Assembly: GCA_051453625.1 (NCBI GenBank)
Contig: JBOZIK010000001.1
Location: forward strand, 22,020,097-22,062,570
DNA: 42,474 nucleotides
Direction: 5' to 3'
Origin: Welwitschia mirabilis
Lineage: Eukaryota
In this document: one piece after another, positions 1 through 12,700 of the stretch
How the letters are laid out: the number at the start of each line of letters is the position of its first letter
How positions within the stretch are numbered: the first letter of the stretch is position 1
Program-made: the position numbers and the translations under genes
The notes under the pieces: generated by a model
What the model saw: the letters and a program-made list of their open reading frames with translations, nothing else
Database searches by the model: none
What the model was told of the DNA's origin: nothing

Positions 1-207
1 GTTTCAGGAGCCTCCTCTTCTTGCTCCTCCTCTTGCTCTTCATCTGATTCATCCTTCACCTTACAAGACTGATGCAGAGAGACAGGATCGCTCTCTGCTT
101 GGCTCTTATCCTGCAAACTATAAAACATTACATCTTCTCTAAACTTGACATCTCGTGACCTTGCAATCCGGTTGGTCTCAGGATCCCATAGTCTATAGCC
201 TAGGGCA
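1..207 (-). mobile_element. Ty1/copia pol fragment (integrase C-terminal SH3-like domain plus acidic linker), truncated by the window edge
   Basis: The minus strand reads open as ALGYRLWDPETNRIARSRDVKFREDV...DESDEEQEEEQEEEAPE. This matches the Copia GYRLxDP...SRDVxFxE motif. Confidence 0.85.
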
Positions 208-2699
208 AGCACTATATAGTACTATTTGCTTTAGTAGAAACAACCTTTTTCCAAAAAAAAAAAAAAAAAAAACATTGCTATTTCTTGAAGCATATTAGGT
301 CTCTATGAACCAAACAAAACAACGGAATTACTGTGGGAACTTGTGACACAAAACTAAAACCTATATTTAGGTGATGCTTGAACCATTCTAATATTTTTCC
401 TTGCACATTAAAGCTACCATTGATCTCACTTTTAGTGGTTGATGCCATGTATTTATGTCTTGTTTGAAGGATGATAAAATTTCTCGGAGCACTATCCATG
501 CTACCATTTTGAATGTTAAAAGCATGAAGTCTATTTTAATTAAATGTATTTTGTTTCCACGTCTAGCATATAGTTAATAAAATATGTTAAATTAAAAAAA
601 ACACAATATTGCAGTTGAGTGGGCACACAGTTATGAAAGGCATATACAAGCTTCTCCTAATTCAAAATAAATATAAATCAAGCTGAAATGTTTTGATCCA
701 GCACACTCTGAATTCTGTTACTCTGCACTTTCTTTCTCAACCGTGCTTTAATCCTGCTCATTTTGACCTTTGCTATTGTACCTTTTCTTTGTTTAATTCA
801 TTAGCTCTTTGCAATTCTAGATTCGTTACACGGTAAAAGAAATAAAAAGAAGGATTTTAAAGTGGAAAAAGCACAACCCTTTAAACTGATCAGAATGTAA
901 AAGAAGACGACCTTCACAAATTTGAGCATATGCAGGAAGAGGTCAGGCACTATGGCTAGTCAAAAGAGAGATAAAACAGAACGGCTAAAGCTTTGGACTG
1001 TCGAGTTATCCAGGAGGAGGAAAAAGGATGTATCAGGCACAAAGATCAAGAATAAATTAGTTCAAGTTCTGAGATAAGAACTAGAGGCTTTTTTCATTCC
1101 TATTCTTGTATAAGAAGAAACCATAACCTTATAAACTCCATAATGCTACTGGAGACCACACATATCAATTGAAATGGGAAGTTATTTAAGCGTCCTTTCA
1201 CAGGAATGTATTAGATAGTGGTCAGACTATTAAGAAAAGTAAAGCAAAAAATCTAGTGTGAACCATAAGCAACAGACTCCAGCGAAAAGATGTTATGCTC
1301 CTTAACGTTTGATAAATCACAGAATGAGTCTCACAGAGACTATGATGGTGGATCCAAGATAGGCTTTTTAAGGTTTTAAGTGGAGTTTTTACATTGGAAA
1401 TAAGAAGATAAGTGCATCAAGGTGAAATAAGGGAAATTTCAAGATTTGAACATTATTCATTGAATTTATCCCATGTAAGTAATCACGGGGTGCTTCAGCA
1501 GTGAGTGCCAAATGTAATGAGGTCAAAATTGCACGCGACTTCATTGCCACTTCTTGTTACTAGGCAAAAATCTATAGATATCAAAACGGAGTTTGTCATC
1601 ACTTACTATCACTGAACAACAAATCTCGCAATAGTTATAGATTGTAAATTCCAAATCTCTCCCCACTTAACTTCGTCAGTCAGGTAAGAGCAAGTACTGA
1701 CTCCTTAATTGCTATTCACTTGGTGACACAAGTAGCAACAGTATAATTATTCTAATTACCTCACTAAACTTAACCAATTTGTTTAGTCCTTGTCCTAATT
1801 TGCAAAAAAATTTGATTGCAACCACTTTCTGGACCTACCTTGACAATAAAAGCCATGTAAGGAAGGGGCTTGTCCTTGCAAACAATCTCTTTAAAACTTG
1901 GATGAAGTGACAAAAGGATCAAGTGTCAAGAAGTCACTAGAAAGAGATGGAACAAAGTCTGTTGCCTTACTTTGTTAGTTAGACTGAGACCCTTCTATTA
2001 AACGTTTCAATGTAAGTCATGCACTCATTTACATATTAAGTTAATAAACTTCCAGTTGATATTTCGACGTTGTAAACAATAGTATATGTACTAATAGTGT
2101 ATTTCTGACTTCTGTATATCGGTGATTCATGATCAAACTAATTGGATGACGGCCAATGAAAACAGATTTAATACTAACTTGCATGGGTAAGGATAGATGC
2201 ATTGTTGTGTGTAAAATCTTGTCTTCACCAATTACAATCTCAAGTTCTTGGCATTTCTCATTTTGGAAATTAAATCTAAAGCCTACACTCCATTGCTCAA
2301 CATTTTTGACTCTGCTGCAAGAAACAACAAGAGAGTCCTGTTAAGAGTAGAAGAAGCTTCAACCAGGTTAGCAAACAAGGTCAGTTTTTTTTGTATCTTG
2401 TATGTGGTCTGAACATTTATTTTGTTTAAAATAAGAAAGAAGGGATTAGTTTAGTAACTGGATTCCTTATGGATTTGATTACTCTTGCCTCCACTTTTTC
2501 AGGATAAATTAGCTTTCTTGTTTAAAGCAAAACCCCACATTGTACAATATTGGTGGCAAAGGCTTGGTTTGCAAGGCACTTTACTTCTTGTGTCCAATGG
2601 TGGAGATCCTTTTCCGTTATATCTCTGTTTTGTTTTGTTTTTAGTGGACTTTGATGTCTGTTGGACACCAACCCAAACCCCATATGCTGTAGGGCCCCT

Positions 2700-3700
2700 T
2701 TTAAACTCGGCTTGAACTTCTCTTCTAGCTAGCTCCCTCTTCTCCCTTACCTCTCCCTCTTCCTTTTTTTCCTTCTTCCTTCCTCTGCCTCCCTCTCATT
2801 TTTTCCTTCCCTTCCCCTTTAACCCCACATCACCCACCAAATTCCATGACGTCGAATCCAATGAGATTCCATGCCCTTCCATGCCTATGGAATTCGATCC
2901 AAGTCTCGCTCTCTCATCCAATTTCGGCCTCTAGCTCAACTTTCAAAACCAGATTCAAAGTCTAGTAGCAATTTCAGCTTTTCCAGTTCTATGCTTTGTG
3001 TTCAGTCAGGGTCTTCGGCCTTCTCATTCCACAAGAAAACATCTTCAAGCTACTTCCTCCACCCGAGATCCCTTCTCAACCTTATTCTTCCCATTCCCAT
3101 TTATGATTTCCTTTCACTCCCTCTTTTTATCCTTTCTCTCCACCCATCTCCCTTTCCTCCTCATTTCCCAAAATTCTCCTCAATTCCATGCGCGAGGCGT
3201 GGTATCCAAGTCAATTGCATGACCTACGAATGGAATTCCAAGACCCTTCCCTCCACATACTTTTGGCCGTCTATTCCAAATCTTTCTTGCAAAACTTAGC
3301 TTCCTTCACTCTCCCACACAACATCTCTTCAATCAATATCCTCCCCAGCCATTTGACTTTCAAAGACCCACTTCTTCATACAAGACCATCCGTCTTCAAC
3401 TTTTTGTCTGGCACCCTTCATCAAGGACATGATCATTCAGTTCACAATCAACTTCAAAAGAGTCCTAAGGTTGCATCTAATCCTCGAGGCATGCCAGGAA
3501 TAATCGAGCCTGCCCATGACATTACACCATGGGTGAGTACCAACCTAGAACCCAGTTAGGTGACCACTATTTTGAGGAAGTGATCCTCTCCAGTATCATT
3601 AACGAGCAGCCAACCATCCGCCAACCTTTCTACAATTGCTCTATTGATCTTCCAAGTGCTACCTCAATGAGGGGATCACAGCTAACTCAAGGATGATGAA
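2700..3700 (-). mobile_element. Possible decayed LINE ORF1 (DUF4283/zinc-knuckle-like) remnant
   Basis: The minus strand is purine-rich. Fragments read WKINRAIVERLADGWLLV and VLYEEVGL*KSNGWGGY*LKRC, resembling YE-C-x2-C-x4-H-x4-C. The sequence is heavily disrupted and the boundaries are approximate. Confidence 0.35.
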
Positions 3701-3883
3701 GACAGCTAGATAGTAACAAGATGCTATCCAGGTCCCACCATCATAATTTCCTTTCCCTTTCTCCCACGACACTCCTACTACTCTATCTTCTATCTATGAG
3801 GCAGTCTTTCCCTTTCTCTCCCATTGTTAGGTCGCTGCATCTAGAAGACCCTCTCTACGCTTTATCTCTATTTCCCTAGTTAC

Positions 3884-4334
3884 TGTTATTTAATTGCCCA
3901 AAAAAACAGATTCAATAAGCACCAGAAAATGAAGTACAAGTAAATATAATGAGAGAACAGTAAGGAAAAAGATCACCAGCAAACACCAGAAATTACATTG
4001 TTCAGCCTGTGGCCTACGTCCACAGGGAAAGGAGCAGAAATTCTCCTATTGAAAACTTGAGGAGTGCAATAATGGACTAGAGTCACTCAGAAGTCAAGAT
4101 CCCTGAAAACCAGTCTGCTTATTTAGCAACTACTATAGTCCTTTTATAGACTGTTCTGGCTGAACTATTGGATAGGTTACAACTCATGGCCTATTGTCTT
4201 CACTTAAACCAACAACATTTACAACTAACTCTGCCTAACAACCACTCTTTTCAAGAAGGAAAAGATAGGTGAGACAAGAACAGTTGTCCTAAATGTTACT
4301 ATTAGAGGTTACTAAATTAAAGGAACACTGAACA
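3884..4334 (-). mobile_element. Ty1/copia 3' LTR (~451 bp)
   Basis: It is bounded by TGTT (3884) and AACA (4334). On the minus strand it directly follows a PPT-like AGTGGAGATT (4335-4344), which lies downstream of an RNase H end. The internal CCTACGTCCAC motif is typical of Copia LTRs. Confidence 0.75.
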
Positions 4335-4510
4335 AATCTCCACTTTCACTTGAATTCTCCCAAATCCTCATAGAAATAGCAAATTCTCTCCACCTTCTCC
4401 ATATAAGCCCCAAAGGGCACAACTAAAAAACAATTCACGCCAATCAAGTTCAAGCATTTGCTTGAACGTGGCACCTGGAAGGGGCTTGGTCAAAATATCT
4501 GTAGCTACAA
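4335..4510 (-). mobile_element. Ty1/copia RNase H C-terminus and polypurine tract (5'-truncated element)
   Basis: The minus strand reads ATDILTKPLPGATFK, matching Copia RNase H ADxLTKxL...F. The PPT and LTR follow. Confidence 0.8.
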
Positions 4511-4547
4511 TTTGTGACGACTTTCCCATTGACTTGACATAGACAAC

Positions 4548-4662
4548 TGTTGGGTATGCAGTCCCCATGCCCAGCCCGACAACGGAGTAAATGTAATGGG
4601 TTCCAGTTTACCAGATTCCACTAAAAGTCATGGCTTTTGGTGTGATGGTAAGGGGCCCAACA
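4548..4662. mobile_element. 115-bp solo LTR (TRIM- or Ale-like) with 5-bp target-site duplication
   Basis: The termini TGTTGGG...CCCAACA form a perfect 7-bp inverted repeat. ACAAC flanks both sides (4543-4547 and 4663-4667). Confidence 0.8.
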
Positions 4663-5129
4663 ACAACTTGGTAGATCGATAAGTGAATTTTCAGACTTTA
4701 AAGGGAATCGGAAATGAGATTTAGATGCTCTTTTGAAGAAAGGAAAAGCTTCGATTCCTCTTTTAAAAGGTAAAAATTGTAAAGGGATGCTTTCTCAAAA
4801 GAGCACACTCAGGCAATGCTAGAATGATCTACGATTTTATTCATGAATGAGCTAGGAATTTAAGATATTATGACAATGAAAAAAGCAGAAAATTGATTAA
4901 ACAAGCTGATTGAAGACTGTATGAATGAAACTACACAGTTCTGTAGACACAATAAGAATCTTTTCCAAACAGAAATAGACAAAAGATTCTAACAGGTGCA
5001 TCGAATGAGCTCAAAAGACATTATAGAATGATGAAGCGGCTAAAACACTTCGGCTGCAGTTCTAAAATAATTTAAGTTGACAATGTAAATCACTTTGCAG
5101 ACAAGTTGGACTATTTAATAGACAAATAA

Positions 5130-5200
5130 AACAGTTCTGCAGACAGACTGGAACAGTTCTGCAGATAAACTATAACAGTTCCGCAGACAAATCAGAACAG
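5130..5200. repeat. 22-bp minisatellite, ~3.2 copies
   Basis: ACAGTTCYGCAGA starts at 5131, 5153 and 5175, with a partial copy at 5197. A related unit lies near 4936. Confidence 0.8.
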
Positions 5201-5459
5201 CACAGTATTATTCAATGGACGAAGAAAGACTAATCAAGAAGTAAAATGCAGCCTCACACAAGACAAATGGTTGATTTTGCAAGTGGAAGTAATACTCTTG
5301 ATAAAGATCCAACAATAGCTTGGGACAACTTGAAAGAAGATAGAGAGATGAGCAAAATATGGCAACAACCCAAGGTCAAAGTGAACCTAAGACAGTGAGA
5401 GAGCTTATGAATAAGGAGAAAGCAATAGAGGCACCAAAACCCTCAAGTTCAACATCTGA

Positions 5460-5640
5460 ATTCTTTAACTTTAGTTGAAGAATTCAACACTGCAATGAGG
5501 GAGGTATCTTCAAGTCTCAGGGATCTGAAATGCCTAAAGAAGAGTGAAAAACCTTCTATTTCAATTGCTAACACAGCCTTGTTGAATTTGTAAGGATAGT
5601 AACCACAAAACAGAACAATGTCTGACCTTAGCTACTTGCT
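5460..5640 (+). mobile_element. Retrotransposon gag-like zinc-knuckle remnant
   Basis: 5580-5621 reads C*ICKDSNHKTEQC, which is C-x2-C-x4-H-x4-C and resembles the Athila/Tat gag CxICxxxxHxTxxCPxL motif. Confidence 0.5.
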
Positions 5641-8481
5641 TAGAGTTCATATTTGAAGAGGTATGTGCATTTAAAAATCAAGAACCTGACCCACAAGCAA
5701 CAGGGGATTTCGAAAGGACGTTCAACTCAATTTTCAGATCTTCTGGAGGAGGATCCTTTGCCCCTAGATTGCCCTACCCTAACAACAACAATTATCCACC
5801 AACAATGGCACTCCCAACAATTTATTAAAGGCAACTTTAAAACGATTAGTTAAAAAAACACAGGAAACAAACCAAAACATGGAGAAGTTGTTGGGGATCA
5901 TGCAAGAGGAAGTTTTCTGTGATCTAAGGAAGCAAGACACCATTCTTAGACAAGCCTATACAAACGAACACAATGTTAAGGATTATCAAGTTGTTACAAG
6001 AAGGATGAAAACGCCTTTCACAGAATGGCAAACTGATTGGCAATCAACAGTTTATGAGATTTACCAACTGTGGAACATCACAAACAAAAATGGTTAGTGA
6101 ATAATAAATTAATTAGCACTTATATGATTGATTCAAAACCCAAAAAAGTTAATTGACCTGTGCGACAGATTATTTCAGTTATGCAGAACTTTTGAATTTA
6201 TGATAGAAGGCTATTTGATGGGCATGAAGCTTCTTGCATATTGCTAAGTAGATCTATGAGTTGAAACTCTATCCTGCCCACTGCTCTGTTGTTTCAAGAG
6301 AGGATGGTGTTTTGTCAGAGGCATATCTAAATGTGGTCACCCACAATAATATGCAAATATGTAACGTATGTGTGCTTTAATTATGTTCTAAAGCTGTTGG
6401 TTCATTGTATCTGGAGATTTTGTATGGTGGTGTTGATGTGTGTGGTTTTGAAGACCAAAGTGTTGAGTGAAGGCTCAGATCTCAGTGTGATCACATTGCT
6501 CATGGCTCAAAATATAAAGAAATATTGTCAAGTGGGGCAGTGTCAGGGTTTGTATGGATATGCAAAGGTATTTTTCCACCTTGCACATATAGTATTAGAA
6601 TGTTACAATATTGGTCATGTTGGTCATAAGAAGAAGAGATAGGAAAGAGAACCTCCAGTTTTCTATTATAAGTGCCATCCATAGCCCTAACCACTACACT
6701 AGAAGCATCATAGTTTCATGTCAAGATCCTATTAGAAATGCTATTTTGATGGAGAGGACTCTATTCATGTAGTGAAGGGGACCAAGCTGGTCAAAGTATC
6801 AGTACCTATGTCATGGTAATCATTTGGAAGGTTCTTTTTTTATGTTGTTTTCTTTTGTATATTCTTCCTACTCCAAAAGCTTTGAAAAACTGTAACAACA
6901 TATGAGGCACCTCATGATACTACATCTAAAGATTTGACTAATAGAATTTTCCCTTTTTTTGGAATTTTAATATGTAAGTTCTGTGTCTTTTGTAAGTTCA
7001 TTTAATAATTGCTTAACACTGGCGTTAATTCTCTTTTGGTAGACACCAGTACTTAAGACACAGTATCCACTCTGAAAGACACGTTCCTCCTCTTTGACTT
7101 CCAGTTCCATGTACCTTATTTCTACTCATACAATACTCGATTGGGTAGAGAAGATGCCCCAAATGAATAGATTTTGATTGACTAATCAGCGGGTCCATTT
7201 TGCACATGTTATTTCCAGCCGTTTTGTTCTGAGGTGCATTTCCCTTTAAGAAGGGGGGGAACATTGCCCACAGAGTTCTTAAAAGCAATCCTGTGATCTT
7301 ATTTGAACCTCTTGATGTTTTTTGCCCCTGTGTTTGCACAAAGTGACATTCTCATCAAGCCAAGACATACTCTTTACATGATGACCATGTTGTGAAGGAG
7401 CATACCTATGAACAGTCTACCTGCAAAGATGCAGGAGCTATGCAAAAATAACAGATATTATGAGTTAGATTACTCACCATAATGTCCAAGTAGGCAATCT
7501 GTAGGGGAGCGTTGGCAGCTTCTTGGTTAGGAACCAATTGTGTCCAGAATGCACCCTGACAGAAGCTTGGTGTTCCTCCTCAAGAGCTATATCCCCTATC
7601 CATTATTGTTGAATTTGGATTGCAATTCGCCCAACTGGGTTCCACTCAGCCTGTCAGTGTTCTTGTGCTTCATACATAACACGCATTCACCAATTTATCA
7701 GGGCTAGTAACTGACCCATACTCTGGAGGGAGGGTTTGGTGTAGTGCTACAAATTTAACTCTAGCGGGCACTCCGATCTCTATTTTGGGCACAAATATGT
7801 AAAAATGTTAAGAGTATTCCAACTGCATAATAAAGGTGTAACAACCTATGCCTCGCTGCACAATAGTAAAATTCATAAATTAAGTCAAGTTTAAGTACCT
7901 GTTTCTCCGGCAAGCAAATTTCACGGAAAAAAAATTTATGCAGCGACACTTTTTTTAATCGCTGTTTGTTTATTTACCCGGCGAGCTACCCTAAGTCCGG
8001 TGTGTATGAAAGACATGACTAGGTGAAAACAATAACCGAAAGTTTTTCTCCTGAAAGGTTTTGAACAGTGAAATCAAGTAAGACCCAAAGTTTATTTAAG
8101 GACTGTAATTTTCCTTTCGTGAATATTGCACTTTCTTTGTTCTATTTGAGCAGAGTAAGATACAATGTACTGTTTGTTTTAGAAGAAAGAGAGTAAATCC
8201 GGCCAAAACGAAACTATAGGGTGTGTATAAAAGCATAAACCGATAGCCTGTTTTGTTTCCTGCTCTAATCCTGGAACATACTTCGGTTTTCTAAAACAAT
8301 AATGGTTGACCACGGGATTCAAATTCGAGAAGCCTTAAATTGGCATCATGTAACGTAACATAATTAGAGAAATTACAATGACATGAAATAGGAAATATAC
8401 TAATTGAAGCAAGCAAGGTGGGAGATCAAAAATACATATGAAAATATCACAAAAGTAATGCTGAAGTACTCGTATGAAAAC

Positions 8482-8721
8482 CTGTGGAACTAGAAGATAA
8501 AGAGAGAGAATAAAGGCGATGATTGAAGAAATCGCCGCAGACGCGAAACGTCTTAGCATGAATTCTTTAAATGAGGCCGGTGGCGGAAGTCGGAGGAGAA
8601 TGCACGGAGCGTAGAGAGACGCAACATAAATGGAAGCCATTGCGATGCATGCGCTTGCTGCCGTTGCTTTTGACAGATGTGACTTTGCTATTGTGTAGTC
8701 CAGATTCTCAGACGAATGCAT
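8482..8721 (-). CDS. RCE1: CAAX prenyl protease 2 (RCE1/FACE2-like), coding exon 1 (80 codons)
   Basis: The translation ...AASACIAMASIYVASLYAPCILLRLPPPASFKEFMLRRFASAAISS...LVPQ closely resembles the plant FACE2 N-terminus as I recall it (AVATCVAMALFYVLILYVPTVILRLPSASSYTEFMIRRFICAAI). Similarity ends at a phase-0 CAG|GT donor (GT at 8481-8480). The region is locally GC- and CpG-rich. I did not recognise downstream exons in the window. Confidence 0.9.
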
Positions 8722-9085
8722 CTCTGCTGTTACGGAGACAAATCAAAATCGAGAGGTTTGTGATAGGTCTTCTGCTCTTTTGAATTGGCCTTCCTTTTCC
8801 TGTAGACTCTTATTCAAATCGTGTCGTGTAAGTTTTCTATGAAACAGTAGCCAAGGGCGCCGGAAAAAGTTCTCCCTATTAAATTGTATTAGTCTTGTTT
8901 AGGAGGATGTTAAAATCTTAAGTAATTTCACTCTTTTTTTTATTAGGAATGAGTTAACTATGTTTAAGGCCTCATAGTATGTTATTCAAGTTTAAACACA
9001 CGATTAAGTAAAAGACAAGAGTTCCACTAAATTTTTTGATAAAGTGCCTATTTAAACTCCTGAACATCTATTACATCATATGTGG

Positions 9086-9158
9086 GGATGTGCTTAAGTA
9101 GCATTATGCACTAACCCAGTGCACAAGAAGTAAGGATGTGCTTAGGCAGCATTATGCA
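9086..9158. repeat. 25-bp direct repeat, 2 copies
   Basis: GGATGTGCTTARGYAGCATTATGCA occurs at 9086-9110 and 9134-9158 (23/25 identical). Confidence 0.8.
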
Positions 9159-10509
9159 TTGTCATTAAAGCCTCAGCCAAACAAACACATGACAACATGC
9201 AAAGAGGACAAGGAGTTGGCAATAAGAAGAATGCAAGAAATTAATGTCATGCTAAAGTCCTACAACAACTTGTGGTGAGAAGGATGGTTAGAAGTTTACA
9301 TGCGAAATGCTCTCCAACATGCAAAGCAAGAGACATTGTGCCTATCATTAGATGGTAGCTACGCCGCGATAAGTTGAAGCATGTCTTTGACAAATATCAT
9401 GTTTTTTCAATGCTTTTTTCTATTTGCTTATTACTTTCTCAGATTGACGTAACCCTTGCATTTGGATATAATTGTTTTGTGTATGATAGCAATATGAAAA
9501 GTTAAGATATTCCTCTCTTTGCTAGTAGCTATTTTATGTTAATAGACTTGCCTTTTCGTCAAAAGGAAAACAAAAGTGCAACTTTTTACAAAAGTTTGCA
9601 CACTTTCTAGTAACTTGCATAAATGGTTTCTTCTTTAAATCTAAGCTGTGAGTACATAAATTCTTTCCTTTCCTAGTGCCTATTTTAAAATAAAGTATGC
9701 TTACTGCTAGTATAAGATATGTAGAAACCAATGTTAAAAAAATTATAAGAGGTAAATTGGATGAATTACAATGAAATGAAAGAGCTATATGTTTGTGGGC
9801 TAACTTTTGCATATTAATTTTGGTTAGAAATTCAATTCTTTTACATATTAAACATAAGAGGTTTCTTTAAAGTTCTCAAGAAGAAATCGTGCTCTTTTTC
9901 TATTTCATTTTATTCAATTAAAATAGATACACTAAGTTGTAATTCATAAGATATTAGAATATACATCAGTAAACAATGTGCATAAAATCCATTCAAGAAT
10001 GAAATTGGAGGCATGTCTAGTGTAGTTCAAATATTCAAGAAATGTAGTTGAATAATTCAAAAAAGCAATTTCATCTTGTTGACTCTGAATATTATAACAT
10101 CATGGATTAAAGCCAACCAACCACAAAATGGATAATAATAGACTATGTAATCAATAAATCCTTTATAAGTTGGAGATGCTTTATGTTTCCAAATTTTTTT
10201 CCTTCAACCAAATCAATTCCTATAAAACATAGCCCATTCTAACCATCTTCCATTTTAGATGGAAATTAATTTTATTATGTCTATGAAGTTATATAGCCTA
10301 TAAACTCTAGTTACTAGGGTCCTTGTTATATTAAGAGACGTAAAGTTTCATATATTGTCAAATTTAAATCTATAATTTATGAGGTAAAACCCTTAGTGAA
10401 AACCCTATTCCTAAATGTATAAATAGGAATTTATACCATAATAAGGAACTTGAACATCAAAATGAAGGTTCAATGCTCAAAGAAAATCTAAGCTCCTAAT
10501 AGAAGATCA

Positions 10510-12700
10510 AAAGCTAGAACCGAAAAGTTCTAATGCAGTTTTATGTGTACGATTAAGATATTAAGAGGTTATAAGTATTTTCCCTCTTTTATTCATGAGT
10601 ATTCCAAAAAGTATGGATTATATATTTTTAGTATAAATCATAATTATTTAAGTCCTTTCAATATTGAAAGTATTATACTAAAAAGATTCTTAATTGGAAG
10701 ACTTCTTTTTATATGGTAAGAGTAATTTTCATATACAAGAAGTAAGTTTATGAAATTGGATGCAATACTCTACAAATTAAAGAGTCTGTTTGGGAAGGGT
10801 AGGAAGCCACCTAACAAGTTTTGGATTAGAGGTGTTAAAAGTATAAAACAGTTATACATTTTTTTATTATGTTTTTATGCATTCATATTGCAATAGAATT
10901 GTAATAAGATTTAATAAAACACCCCACAAGACATATTTATTGAATAGAAAATTAACATAAAGGATTACAAAGTATATTTGCTAAAGTTGTTTATAATTTT
11001 TTCATCTTACTTTAGGGGTGATTACAATTTAATAATACTTGAGAATAAAAACTCGTGATAAAGAAATTAATACAAGATGAGAATAGCCTTTAATAGTAGA
11101 TTGTTTATTGAATATGAAAGATGGAGAGATATTGTTTTTGAATGTGATATAGGCTCAAATGTAAGTAATAAATTACTCATAAAAGATGAACATAAAAAAA
11201 ATATAATAAAATTAAAAAAATATCTCACTTGAGAAATAATGTAAATCTATTCTTTATTCATTGAATAGAATTTTAATTATAACCATGTTATAAGAAGTAA
11301 CTCTGTCTTGACAAAAGTAAATTTTCTCCAAATAGACAAAACTATAGACCATTTTTTGAATAACATTTAGATATAAATTTGTATTTTAACCCTTTAGTTA
11401 TGCTTACTTTATCATATTGATAATGCTATTTCTTGTATTTTATCTATAAAATCATCTTAAGATCTAAATATAATTTTGTACATCATTTCACAATGTAATT
11501 TGAACATATTATTATGTATTTAAAAGTAAGACCTATGAAGCTCACGTATGATGATGCTAAGAAGATTTACAATCATGCTAAAACTAAAAAGCTAGAGTTA
11601 ATGCAGTTTAATGTGTATGGAGCACTACTAATTAAGACATTAAGAGGTTATAGATATTTCCCTTCTTTTATTTCGACTTATTCCAAAAAGCATGGATCAT
11701 ATATTTTTAGTATAAATCATAAGCGTTTGAGTCTTTTCAATATTGGAAGCATTGTATTGAAAATATTGTTGGTTGGAAAACTAAGAATTTTTGTATCAAT
11801 AATAGATTAAAGCATGTATCAAAGGAGTTTGAGCCTTCTTTTTATATGGTAAGAAGTAATTTTATGGAATCAAATACAATAGTCTACAGATTAAATAGAC
11901 TTTTTAAGAAGGGTAGAAAGCCAACTAATAATTTGTGGACGAGATGTGTTAAAAGTATAAAACATTTATACATTCTTTAATTATGTTTTTATGCATCGTA
12001 TTGTAATAGAGCTATATTAGGCTTCCTTAGCATTCCCTACCAAACATGTTTATTAAATATAAAGTTAACATAAAGGACCATAAAGTATTTTTGCTAAAGT
12101 TGTTTCACAATCTTTTCATCTTGTTCTAGTGTTAATTAAAATTTAACAATACTTTTAGAATAAAGACTCATGATAAGAAATTAAAATAAGATGAAAATAA
12201 TCTTTAATGGTAGATTATTTGTTGAAATGAAAAATGGAGACAAATATCTTTAATGAATATGATATAAGCTTAAATACATGCAATAAATTGCTTCCAAATG
12301 ATTAACAATAAAAAACTATAATAAAATTAAAAAATATTTCAATTAAGAAATGATGTAAATCCCTTCTTTGTTCGTTGAATATAATTTTGATTATAAACAT
12401 TTTTCAAGAATCAACTCTATCTTAACAAAACTAAATTTTCTCCAAATAGATAAGATTACAAACCATTCTTTAGATAACATTCAAATCTAATTTATATTTT
12501 ACACCTTTAATTATGCTTATTTTATCCTATTGATATTTCTATTTATTGTATCTTATTTGTAAAATCATTTTAAGGTCTAAATACTTTTTTTACATCATTT
12601 TACAATGTAATTTAAACATATTATTATGTACCCAAAATTAGGACCTATGGAGTTTACCTATGATGATGACAAGAATCTTTACAATCATGCTACACTAATC
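10510..12700. repeat. Diverged tandem duplication of a ~1.1-kb unit
   Basis: Unit 1 (~10510-11585) and unit 2 (~11586-12692) are colinear. Both contain ATTAAGAGGTTATA, TATATTTTTAGTATAAATCATAA, TGTTAAAAGTATAAAACA, AAATTTTCTCCAAATAGA and TTTACAATCATGCTA. Confidence 0.9.

Noticed and set aside
5130..5200. Short repeats as a CRISPR-like array (also 9086-9158)
   Set aside because: There are only 2-3 units with no series of unique spacers and no cas genes, and the context is eukaryotic.
7400..7720. Splice-like signals on the minus strand (GTGAGT at ~7477, TTTGCAG at ~7421) as candidate RCE1 exons
   Set aside because: The translations do not resemble RCE1, and the joined frames hit stops.
8335..8481. 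C-terminal 48 codons of the 128-aa ORF in the track
   Set aside because: RCE1 similarity stops at a canonical CAG|GT donor. The rest is AT-rich intron read-through.
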